Made by a program: the position numbers and the translations under genes. The notes under the pieces were generated by a model. It was not told where the DNA came from, searched no databases, and saw only the letters and a program-made list of their open reading frames with translations. From Ylistrum balloti (taxonomy: Eukaryota), in NCBI RefSeq assembly GCF_031769215.1, contig NW_026781889.1:1550001-1614000 (forward strand): DNA of 64,000 nt, read 5' to 3'. Shown here in pieces: positions 1 to 11,200 of this stretch; within the stretch, counting starts at the first letter, position 1; the number at the start of each line of letters is the position of its first letter.

Positions 1-720
1 GTCACAACAGATGATCCAGACATCAATTAGTCACAATAGATGAACAAGACATCAGCTAGTTACAACAGATGATCCAGACATCAGCTAGTTACAATAGAGG
101 ATCCAGACATCAGCTAGTTACAATAGATGCTCCTGACATCAGCTAGTCACAACAGATGATCCAGATATCAGCTAGTTACAATAGATGATCCAGACATCAG
201 CTAGTTACAACAGATGATCCAGACATCAGCTAGTTACAATAGTTGATCCAGACATCAGCTAGTTACAATAGAGGATCCAGACATCAGCTAGTTACAACAG
301 ATGATCCTGACATCAGCTAGTTACAATAGATGATCCCAACATCAACTAGTCACAATAGATGATCCCGACATCAACTAGTTACTATAGATGATCCAGACAT
401 CAGCTAGTTACAATAGATGCTCCTGACATCAGCTAGTCACAACAGATGATCCAGACATCAGCTAGTTACAACAGATGATCCAGACATCAGCTAGTCACAA
501 CAGATGATCCCGACATCAACTAGTTTCAACAGATGATCCTGACATCAGCAAGTTACAATAGAGGATCCAGACATCAGCAAGTTACAATAGAGGATCCCGA
601 CATCAGCTAGTTACAATAGATGATCCCGACATCAACTAGTTACAATAGATGATCCCGACAGCATCTAGTTACAATCGATGATCCAGACATCAGCTTGTCA
701 TAATAGATGAGCAAGACATC
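1..720. repeat. 29-bp minisatellite (AGATGATCCAGACATCAGCTAGTTACAAT), continues off the window edge
   Basis: About 25 units read directly; ends 46 nt from the DUSP stop codon. Confidence 0.97.
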
Positions 721-766
721 CTCTGCAATAACAACTATCAGTTCCTGTTTCTAAAATCACAAGAAC

Positions 767-1230
767 TTAACTAGGAGAGAGAAGTGGAGCACTTGGCGGA
801 CATGGGAAGGAAAAGTCAAATGAATTGGGGGTGACCATACAATTTGGTTGATTGGAGAATTCTCTGTCTGGACACTGAGCAAAGTTAAACCCTGGATGAG
901 ACCCAGAGTGAATTCCGTCTTCATGACACACTGAATCTGAGCTGCCTATTGAGGATGCAGAGGAAGCAGACGTTGCTCCTGAGGATGATGGAGTCACGGA
1001 AGAATCACTGGATAAACATATCACACCTAATTCACCTTCATAGGTCTTTAACTGTCGCATGAAGTTTAGATTTGGCGAAATCACACTGCGGCGAGACTGT
1101 ACGTGTTCAAACGCTACTTCGAGTCCAATTTTGGCGGTGAACATGAGGTAGGCGAGACAAATGGTTGCGGAGCGACTTATGCCGGCATGACAGTGTACCA
1201 GCACTTTTCCTGACTGCTCCTTAATTGTAT
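767..1230 (-). CDS. DUSP1: DUSP exon 4 (catalytic HCxAGISRS loop and C-tail)
   Basis: Acceptor gttacag|AT; VHCHAGISRSAT; ends FDFSFP...LLSPS then TAA at 769-767. Confidence 0.93.
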
Positions 1231-4200
1231 CTGTAACACGAAAGAATATGGCTGAAATAATCATTATCTTTTTTTTTGTAATTTTTTAATAATTTAAAAA
1301 AAAACTACTTAAGGAAAATATAAGTCTCTTATCATATGACTGAAATAAGCATAATTCTAACAGTACATGTACCACTTTGTGATGAAACTGAAACAAAAAA
1401 AAATTCTGATGTTTGACTATTAAAAAGTTTTGCTCAAAATATTTCAAATGCAGTAATGTTTGATTTTGTGAAACTAATATTTTGTTTTAATCCTCCAATA
1501 AGCCTAGGTGACCAACACATGGTATCCTAACTAGTGTATTTTAGTGAGATTAATACATGAAAATGACATATTATTTAATGACACTTGTGTAAATCTGAAT
1601 GAAGATATATATATATAGGTGGACTTATTTCCAGGCATGGGATTATTGGTGGATAAGTACAATCCACTCTCGCACACAGTACTTACCTATAAAAGTAATG
1701 CTTCTTGTAAACCATGCTGCAAGGTCTGCAGTATCATTGTCATCAATTGGAATGTTCATATAAGTAAACTTCTCCTCAAAATGGTTCCTACAGGATGTTG
1801 ACACATTGATGAGAGAAGTAATTCCAAGCCTCTCCAATAGTTCAAGTTGTGATGCATGCTGGGAGTTGCCGAGATAGAGATATGGTAGAATCTCCACAGG
1901 TTCCCCCTGACAACCAAAGAGAAAAGCAATCCACGTGTTATACATAATAGAATAATAATTTCAATTTTGTCCAGAAAATGAAAAAAAAAATCAAAAAAAA
2001 TAAAACAGAATAATCCCTTTGGCTGATGAAAGCGAAGGCCTTTTATATGGAGCAAAACACCATCTTTAGTTGTTGTATGAAAAATGTTGATTCAAGTATC
2101 AAAATATGTCAACCACAGGAGTTTAATATTGGAACTCTGAATTAATGCACATCCCTCCCAAAAATCGGTAGAACATGTACTACACTATTATAAGTACCTG
2201 TACAAGTGCCATCTTTGATGAAGGTGCACAAGGGTTAACACAAAGCGTCTGTCGACAAATGGCTCCCTGGATGTCACAAAGGTGAGGATAACTGGAACTG
2301 AACTCAACAAATCCACCTGTAACATGTAATACACAATTTATAATAAAATTTGTATATAAATAAATTCCAACAGTTTCTGCCCAATTTGTGTCCATCCTTC
2401 CCAACTTTATGGAAATTCCACGGGGGGGACGAGGGACAGCATTTAGCATGAGTTCAAAATTTTACGGCTCAGAATTACGTGTAAGCATTTACAGGTCTGG
2501 AATATCTCTTAATGGCTGTTTCACACATTGTCAGTATAATGTGACCAGGTGGGGTGTCCAGCTGATTGCCTTTGGCAGTATTCTTCACTATGGTAACATT
2601 ATAATGTTGGTTTTAGTTCTGCACTCACTATATCACAGACACCAGGTATCTCAGCATACTACAGGGCTCTCACACCCCATTTTGAGACTGGGGCCTGGGG
2701 CCCTTAGAATTGGGAAAAATAATGGTGTTTTCGTAAATTGGGAAAAAAAGATACTTTTTTGCATTGGGAATGGGGGCGAATATCGGTCCCAAGTCTGGCA
2801 GATCGAGAGCCCTTTACCAAAAATACATGCACTCTCCTCGTATACATTAAGAGGCTGCCCTCAAGTGGCTGTTGTTGAAGTAACTGGAAAAACATTGACA
2901 GGTTTAAAAAAATGAAAAACCTTAAGCCTATTCACAAACTAAAAACCAATAAGTGATAAAATCAAAACTCAAATGAGATTATGATCACTTTATAGAAGAT
3001 TTATTGTTATTTTTAATATGTCTAAAATTGGTGCCAATATTCACCAACAAGTTGTCTCCCTTTAATTGAAAATCAGTAAAATCCCATTCCATATCTTAAA
3101 ATTATTCATCTTTAATTTATTCACTATTTCAGGATCTCTGACTATCAACTTGCAGCTATCATGTACAAGTACATGTATGTACACTGTAGGAAGTGACCAT
3201 CCCGGTTTCCATATACATACATGAGGGTATTTGTTTTATGATACATAGTAAATAGATATTTTATATACATATGTAGTAAATACACTGTGGTTAATGACTG
3301 TGGTTTAACCACTCCTATTTGAGAATTGCAAACTGAAATTAATGATGTATATATTCTACTTAGATTACAACCCAGTTGAGAATTATTATACATGTTCCCA
3401 GATACAAGTTTATTTTAGCTACCAATGTTTCCCATAATTTTTACACCATTTCAATACAAATTGATATCAATATTTCATTAACAGTTTTGAACTTGCAATA
3501 TTTATATATTTCTAATAAATTTTTATAAAAACTTTTGACAAGAGAGATTTTACAAAGTTTAATACACATAAATATTACTACAATTTGGAAGTTTTCTTAA
3601 ATGAAATTATATGAAGGCATGTTTTATTTTTATGTATATTTCAAATGACAATGAAAATATACAGTGTAGAGATTTAATAAATAATGGGCGATCCAACACT
3701 CCTAATGTAAGAATTTGCGGTAGTGTCTTCGGTTGGATCCTTAGGATTCAATAGAGTTCCTTACTAATAAAACATAATCAAAATAAAAAGGAATCTCAAC
3801 AACACGAAGAGGACGATGACGGTCGCATAGCGGCCGAAACATGTAGACAGCTTTACAAAAAGTCTTCGTGTTGTTGAGATTCCTTTTGGTTTTATTATAG
3901 TGTAGAGATTTGTATGTTATCAAATATAGTCCGGATCAGTTTTTTCCACCTTACTACCGTAACTACATATATTTGAAGAAGTCCTGATCATTTTACATAT
4001 GACTGTAATATTTCTTCTTACTGATTAGTCAAAACACTTTGCATTGGTCTAAATATATTGTAATGTTACACTGAAATCAGCAGAATCCATACACTTGAGG
4101 TGAATGTCACAGTTCAGGACCCTATCAGACATATCACAGGTGAATATAATGATCAAAAAACCTTTGTTACAATTTCTGACCAATCAGAAGATCACATTGT

Positions 4201-7200
4201 TGTCATATGATAAAACTACCTGTTTTCATGTGAATATGAGGATTTACTTACCCAAGTAGGGTAATGAATGCTAACATTTACCTGACAACAGGTCAATAAT
4301 ATATCAAAATTACACTAAAGGTCAGTGAATAGGGTAGCTTAATTATTACAGGGTTATGAAAACACTTGTAAGGCAGTATTTTCCTACAAATGACAATAGA
4401 TACAGATGGGGGTATTACTTACCAGGCATGGGCTTATTTCCAGTTAAATACAGTAAGTACCAGAACACCCTTCCCTTTCAATTAATTCCTATGTGAAGTA
4501 TATAATTAATCAAAAACAGACGGAGGACACATATTGCAAAGACATCTGAGTGCATTTCCACCCTCCCTATAACAAAGTTGTTTCTAATAGCAGATCTCCT
4601 TTGAACTTAAGCTGGCAGAATGCCATCTTGCAATTGGCTCCCTTTCTTGTTTTGGTGAATGAAATGTACATGTTTTATTATGAACACACAGACATAACCA
4701 TTTCCAGTGCACAATATTGGTACAGGGAACCTCTGATGAAAATTATGTATATCCAGAGTTTCTGATTTCTACTCAAACTTGTCTCAAATTGGAGGACAAC
4801 CACAGCTCTACAGGGAAGTCTATAACATGATACATAGTACAAAGACACTGGATCCGGAGTTTACAGCAATCCGTAACCTGAGGGGTTGTCCTATCTGTAA
4901 CCTGTGGGGTTGTCCTATATGTAACCTGTGGGGTTGTCCTATCTGTAACTTGAGGGATTGTCCTATCTGTAACATGTTGGATTGTCCTATCTGTAATATG
5001 TGGGGGTGTCATATCTGTAACATGTGGTGTTGTCCTATCTGTAACATGTGGAGTTGTCCTATCTGTAACCTGTGGTGTTGTCCTATCCTTAACTGTGGGG
5101 TTGTCCTATCTGTAATCTGAGGGGTTGTCCTATCTGTAACCTGTGGGGTTGTCCTATCTGTAACCTGAGGGGTTGTCCTATCTGTAACCTGTTGGTTGAC
5201 CTATCTGTAACCTGTGGGGCTTTCCTATCTGTAAGATGAGGTGTTGTCCTATCTGGGGGGGGGGGGGGGGGTTGTTATATCTGTAACCTGTTGGGTTGTC
5301 CTATCTGTAACCTGTGGGGTTGTCCTATCTGTAACCTGAGGGATTGTCCTATCTGTAACATGTGGGGTTGTCCTATCTGTAACCTGTTGGGTTGTCCTAT
5401 CTGTAATATGTGGGATTGTCCTATCTGTAACATGTGGGGTTGTCCTATCTGTAACTTGAGGGATTGTCCTATCTGTAACCTGTGAGGTTGTCCTATTTGT
5501 AACCTGTGGGGTTGTCCTATCTGTAACCTGAGGGGTTGTCCTATCTGTAACATGTGGGGTTGTAGTATTTGTAACCTGTGGGGTTGTCCTATCTGTAACA
5601 TGTGGGGTTGTCCTATCTGTATCCTGTTGGGTTGTCCTAGCTGTAACTTGAGGGATTGTCCTATCTGTAAAATGTGGGGTTGTCCTATCTGTAACCTTAG
5701 GGGTTGTCCTATTTGTAACCTGTTGGGTTGTCCTATCTGTAACCTGAGGGGTTGTCCTATCTGCAACCTGTTGTGTTGTCCTATTTGTAACTTGATTGTC
5801 CTATCTGTAATATGTGGGGTTATCCTATCTGTAACATATGGGGTTGTCCCATCTGTAACTTGAGGGATTGTCCTATTTGTAACCTGTGGGGTTGTCCTAT
5901 CTGTAACCTGTAAGGTTGTCCTATCTGTAACTTGAGGGGTTGTCCTATCTGTAACTTGAGGGTTTGTCCTATCTGTAACTTGAGGGATTGTCCTATCTGT
6001 AACCTGTGGGGTTGTCCTATCTGTAACTTGAGGGAATGTCCTATATGTAACTTGTGGAGTTTTCCGATGGTTGAGTAGCACAATGGTAATGCACTCGCAT
6101 TTCAGGTATAGGCTACATTGCTTCCATTCCCTATACAAAGGTTGAAAGGAATGAGGGTCTAACCACATGGTTTTCACCTGGTTTATATACTCTTGTTTTT
6201 CTTTCAAGAACAAACCCCATATTAATCCCATGCATGGTAATGAAATGCCCATCCAGATAGACTATACATTTATATATGTATGTGTAATTGCTATTCAGTA
6301 AAATCATAATTACTTGCCAATTGGTTTTATTGATACAAAGGTTTCTTCGGTGTAAATGGAAATTTGTGTATGGTAAATTTTTATCTAGTATATGGAAGGC
6401 TATGTAGTAGTCATAAAAGTTTTAAAGAAAACGACAATAAAATGAGCATTGGGTGATATAGGGATACAGAGAGGTTTGGATGATGTAGGATACAGAGAGA
6501 GGATTATATGATGTTCAGATACAGAGTTTGATAATGTGTTAAACTACAGAGAGAGGATTGGATGATGTAGGGTGAAAGAGAGAGGTTTGGGTGTTGTAAG
6601 GATACAGAGAGAGGATTACATGATGTAGGGATACAGAGAGAGGTTTGGATGATGTAGGGATACAGAGAGAGGTTTGGATGATGTAGGATACAGAGAGAGG
6701 TTTGGATGATGTAGGGATACAGAGAGAGGTTTGGATGGTGTAGGGATACAGAGAGAGGTTTGGATGATGTAGAGATACAGAGATGTTTGGGTGATGTAGG
6801 GTTACAGAGAGAGGATTACATGATGTAGGGTGACAGAGAGAGGTTTGGATGATGTAGGGTGACAGAGAGAGGTTTGGATGATGTAGGGATACAGAGAGAG
6901 GTTTGGATGATGTAGAGATACAGAGATGTTTGGGTGATGTAGGGTTACAGAGAGAGGTTTGGATGATGTAGGGATACAGAGAGAGGTTTGGATGATGTAG
7001 AGATACAGAGATGTTTGGGTGATGTAGGGTTACAGAGAGAGGATTACATGATGTAGGGATACAGAGAGAGGTTTGGATGATGTAGGAATACAGAGAGAGG
7101 TTTGGATGGTGTAGGGTTACAGAGAGAGGTTTGGATGGTGTAGGGTTACAGAGAGAGGTTTGGATGATGTAGGGATAAAGAGAGAGGTTTGGATGATGTA

Positions 7201-9951
7201 GGGTGACAGAGAGAGGTTTGGATGATGTAGGGTGACAGAGAGAGGTTTGGATGTAGGGTGAGAGAGAGAGGTTTGGATGATGTAGGGTGAGAGAGAGAGG
7301 TTTGGATGATGTAGGGATACAGAGATGTTTGGGTGATGTAGGGTTACAGAGAGAGGATTACATGATGTAGGGATACAGAGAGAGGTTTGGATGATGTAGA
7401 GATACAGAGATGTTTGGGTGATGTAGGGTTACAGAGAGAGGATTACATGATGTAGGGATACAGAGAGAGGTTTGGATGATGTAGAGATACAGAGAGAGAG
7501 GTTACAGAGAGAGGATTACATGATGTAGGGATACAGAGAGAGGTTTGGATGATGTAGGAATACAGAGAGAGGTTTGGATGATGTAGGGATACAGAGAGAG
7601 GTTTGGATGGTGTAGGGTTACAGAGAGAGGTTTGGATGGTGTAGGGTTACAGAGAGAGGTTTGGATGATGTAGGGATAAAGAGAGAGGTTTGGATGATGT
7701 AGGGATACAGAGAGAGGTTTGGATGATGTAGGGTGACAGAGAGAGGTTTGGATGATGTAGGGTGAGAGAGAGAGGTTTGGATGATGTAGGGTGAGAGAGA
7801 GAGGTTTGGATGATGTAGGGATACAGAGAGAGGTTTGGATGATGTAGGGATACAGAGAGAGGTTTGGGTGATGTAGGGATACAGAGAGAGGTTTGGATGA
7901 TGTAGGAATACAAAGAGAGGTTTGGATGATGTAGGGATACAGAGAGAGGATTACATGGTGTAGGGTGAGAGAGAGAGGTTTGGATGATGTAGGGATACAG
8001 AGAGAGGTTTGGATGATGTAGGGATACAGAGAGAGGATTACATGGTGTAGGGTGAGAGAGAGGTTTGGGTGATGTAGGGATACAGAGAGAGGTTTGGATG
8101 ATGTAGGGATACAGAGAGAGGTTTGGATGATGTAGGGATACAGAGAGAGGTTTGGGTGATGTAGGGATACAGAGAGAGGTTTGGGTGATGTAGGAATACA
8201 GAGAGAGGTTTGGATGATGTAGGAATACAAAGAGAGGTTTGGATGATGTAGGGATACAGAGAGAGGATTACATGGTGTAGGGTGAGAGAGAGAGGTTTGG
8301 ATGATGTAGGGATACAGAGAGAGGTTTGGATGATGTAGGGATACAGAGAGAGGATTACATGGTGTAGGGTGAGAGAGAGGTTTGGGTGATGTAGGGATAC
8401 AGAGAGAGGTTTGGATGATGTAGGGATACAGAGAGAGGTTTGGATGATGTAGGGATACAGAGAGAGGTTTGGGTGATGTAGGGATACAGAGAGAGGTTTG
8501 GATGATGTAGGAATACAGAGAGAGGTTTGGATGATGTAGGGATACAGAGAGAGGATTACATGATGTAGGGATACAGAGAGAGGTTTGGATGATGTAGGGA
8601 TACAGAGAGAGGTTTGGATGATGTAGGGATACAGAGAGAGGTTTGGGTGATGTAGGGATACAGAGAGAGGTTTGGATGATGTAGGGATACAGAGAGAGGT
8701 TTGGATGGTGTAGGGTTACAGAGAGAGGTTTGGATGGTGTAGGGATACAGAGAGAGGTTTGGATGGTGTAGGGTTACAGAGAGAGGTTTGGATGATGTAG
8801 AGGATACAGAGATGTTTGGGTGATGTAGGGTTACAGAGAGAGGTTTGGATGATGTAGGGTGACAGAGAGAGGATTGGATGATGTAGGGATACAGAGAGAG
8901 GTTTGGATGATGTAGAGGATACAGAGATGTTTGGGTGATGTAGGGATACAGAGAGAGGATTACATGATGTAGGGTGACAGAGAGAGGATTACATGATGTA
9001 GGGATACAGAGAGATTATATGATGTTCATATACAGAGTTTGATAATGTGTTAAAATACAAAGAGGATTGGATGATTTTGGGATAAAGAAAGAGAATTCTT
9101 TCTTTTTAGATGTTCAAGCATAGGATTAAGTTTGGTTGAAATAATGAGAGTTGACATGGTAATGTTATCTATAGATATGATTTCTGCTTGACTTCGCTGG
9201 TATTACAAGTGTACACTCCAGTTAATTTGTATTGCATATAGTTATTGTACAAATTATTCTGTATAACTGAGATTGTATAATGTAAGTGATGCTTCTATAT
9301 ATAGATATCATAATTTTACATCATGTGACAATTAACTTTCCTTTAGTGTACAGTATCTTGTTTTCCTTTAGTGTCTACGGTCTTTGTTCATTCACACATT
9401 CCAATATTATAATCCGTCACTAATGTATCGGAGCATTTTATTTCCGGCACAAGTGCAATAAAATGGCCGAACGGGGTCACGTTCAAATCTTAAAAGAAAC
9501 ATCAGAATGTAGTTAATTTCTTTACGTACGCTAGATCAGACTAGATTTATCTATTTAATCATTTATGTATACCTTGAATGTAGACTGCTCGACAATTCTC
9601 CACTTGTTGTCGAAGACTTTTGAGGACGGAATATAAATTCGAGTCTTTGGAAGACAGTGTCAGATCTGTTGTGTCGTTGTCATAAACAACTATCGTGCTA
9701 AACTGTCCGGCTTTCAACATTTCTCTTTTTTCTGAACATGGTACAATATTCTCCAAAGCCACAAAGCCTCCCGACCTCCTCTTAAGAATTGGGGGACAGT
9801 GCACATTTAATGAGTGTCTTATGTGCCCATCGTTGAACGCCATGAACGGACGACAGTCTAACATCAGAACACATTCCCGACAGCTTCCCCTGTCTTCTAA
9901 CCATTCTGAGACCTCGGTACATGTAACACCACTAGCAAGGTTCACTTCCAT
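767..9951 (-). CDS. DUSP1: Dual-specificity MAP kinase phosphatase, DUSP1/2/4/5 (MKP-1/2) class; join complement(9573..9951, 2198..2316, 1687..1906, 767..1230), 393 aa
   Basis: Four exons splice in frame (379+119+220+464=1182 nt) with GT-AG sites. Rhodanese/Cdc25-like domain (LDCRPF..F..GHI; KIM-like ILKRRS), DSP domain (PVEILPYLYLG; VHCHAGISRSATICLAYLM; ISPNLNFM). The symbol denotes the family; exact paralogue assignment needs a phylogeny. Confidence 0.93.
1687..1906 (-). CDS. DUSP1: DUSP exon 3 (start of phosphatase domain)
   Basis: Acceptor tgtcag|GGG; GEPVEILPYLYLG...IPIDDNDTADLAAWF; donor G|GTAAGT. Confidence 0.93.
2198..2316 (-). CDS. DUSP1: DUSP exon 2
   Basis: Acceptor ttacag|GT; GFVEFSSSYPHLC...MALVQ; donor CAG|GTACTT. 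Confidence 0.88.
4870..6060. repeat. 24-bp minisatellite (CCTATCTGTAACCTGTGGGGTTGT)
   Basis: About 50 units; G17 run at 5255-5271; in DUSP intron 1. Confidence 0.97.
6455..9095. repeat. 29-bp purine-rich minisatellite (GGATGATGTAGGGATACAGAGAGAGGTTT)
   Basis: About 90 units; in DUSP intron 1. Confidence 0.97.
9573..9951 (-). CDS. DUSP1: DUSP exon 1 (rhodanese / kinase-interaction domain)
   Basis: ATG at 9951 in context aagATGG; MEVNLASG...VYIQG; phase-1 donor G|GTATAC at 9572. Confidence 0.92.
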
Positions 9952-10029
9952 CTTGAAAATAACCCTTTAAATGGCGTATATCGTGACAGTTTCCCTCGAG
10001 TATCGCATGCATTTACCCTGTCTAATCAA

Positions 10030-10345
10030 TGAAATACTTCCGGACTATCACGTGATCACGCTCATTCACAAAAAACCTTCTCACTACTTTTACTACATGC
10101 GCTGAAAAATTAGCACATTGAGACCCGGCCGTTAAGAGTAGAAGCGCTTTTAGTTACGCACAGCCTGGAATAAAAGGAGTTCTTGTAATAGTGTTTGGAA
10201 GGATTCACTCAAATTTTGTGTTTAAAAGATGTAATATTTACCCATATCACTACGCTTCTGTTTACTGGTGACGTCAGAAGGTTGGGATGGTTGTGGCAAA
10301 AATAGACCCATTGATAATTTGCTTAGTAGCCACGCCTCCAACATA
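10030..10345 (-). promoter_or_regulatory. DUSP proximal promoter / 5' region with ETS, E-box, CRE and Sp/KLF motifs
   Basis: CCGGAAGT (minus, 10036-10043), TCACGTGA (10048-10055), perfect CRE TGACGTCA (10269-10276), GCCACGCCTCC (10329-10339), all within 400 nt of the ATG. TSS not located. Confidence 0.55.
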
Positions 10346-11200
10346 CACATAGTAACCATACATGGGTATTATTTTCATCGCTTCGATGCACTCGAGTGAA
10401 TGATTTGACATGACAAATTGCAGTCTGACAGCCCTAACTGTCTACATTGTCGTATGAGTATTCACCGAAATTGGGTGAATCTATTTTTGGATTTGTCATT
10501 AAAATGGATCAAGTTTTGACTAGTTTGTTGTCACTTAGGTCAAATATACATTTTCATGTTACTCATTGTGTGTTCATGAAGAATTCCTAAAACTAGTGTG
10601 AAGGCGGATGACTAATTACTTCAATATTAATCCCACACCCGAGTTAGAGTTACTGGGGATTCTATATATATTATATATAGATTACATATATATATAGGCC
10701 TAGGTCGATCGTGTTTGTTAAATAATATTACAAAAGACGTGATATAGTATGTCCTGTTTAAGACATATACATGTGTGTCGGCAAGCATTATTATAGAGCT
10801 GATGTATAACAGAAACTATTTACACATGGGACACCTACATACAATATTAATATTGGCACATAAAGACAATAATGATAAATCGCACAACTTTTACAAAGAT
10901 CAGCTAGGCATACTCAGATTTCGCGAAAAAACAACAACTGCAGTTTCGTTTTTTCCCCTTAGTGTAAATACAACGGACTTTATATTCTGAGTCCTTAAGA
11001 ATACATTTGTGAATAATGTCGGGTTCGGATTGTCCGTATTTTTCTTACGTTTTCTATAACCATATCGGTTTTGAGTTAATGGACGTTCATCAATTTCAGA
11101 CATCCAGACTGCCATAAAAAGAACATGTCGATAAAACGTCACTCACGGACTCCAGATTGATTTAAAAAGGCCGATGGAACTTGCATCAGCCTTCGAAGCA

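Noticed and set aside
2388-2915. 175-aa plus-strand ORF
   Set aside because: No recognisable domain; antisense within DUSP intron 1; length compatible with chance.
4773-6252. Cys-rich (CPICNLWG)n 'zinc-finger/metallothionein-like' and (LQIGQP)n ORFs
   Set aside because: They are translations of a 24-bp minisatellite, open in several frames on both strands and broken by indels and a G17 run, inside DUSP intron 1.
7502-8230. 242-aa His/Ser/Leu-repeat ORF
   Set aside because: Translation of the 29-bp array; no splice or codon support.
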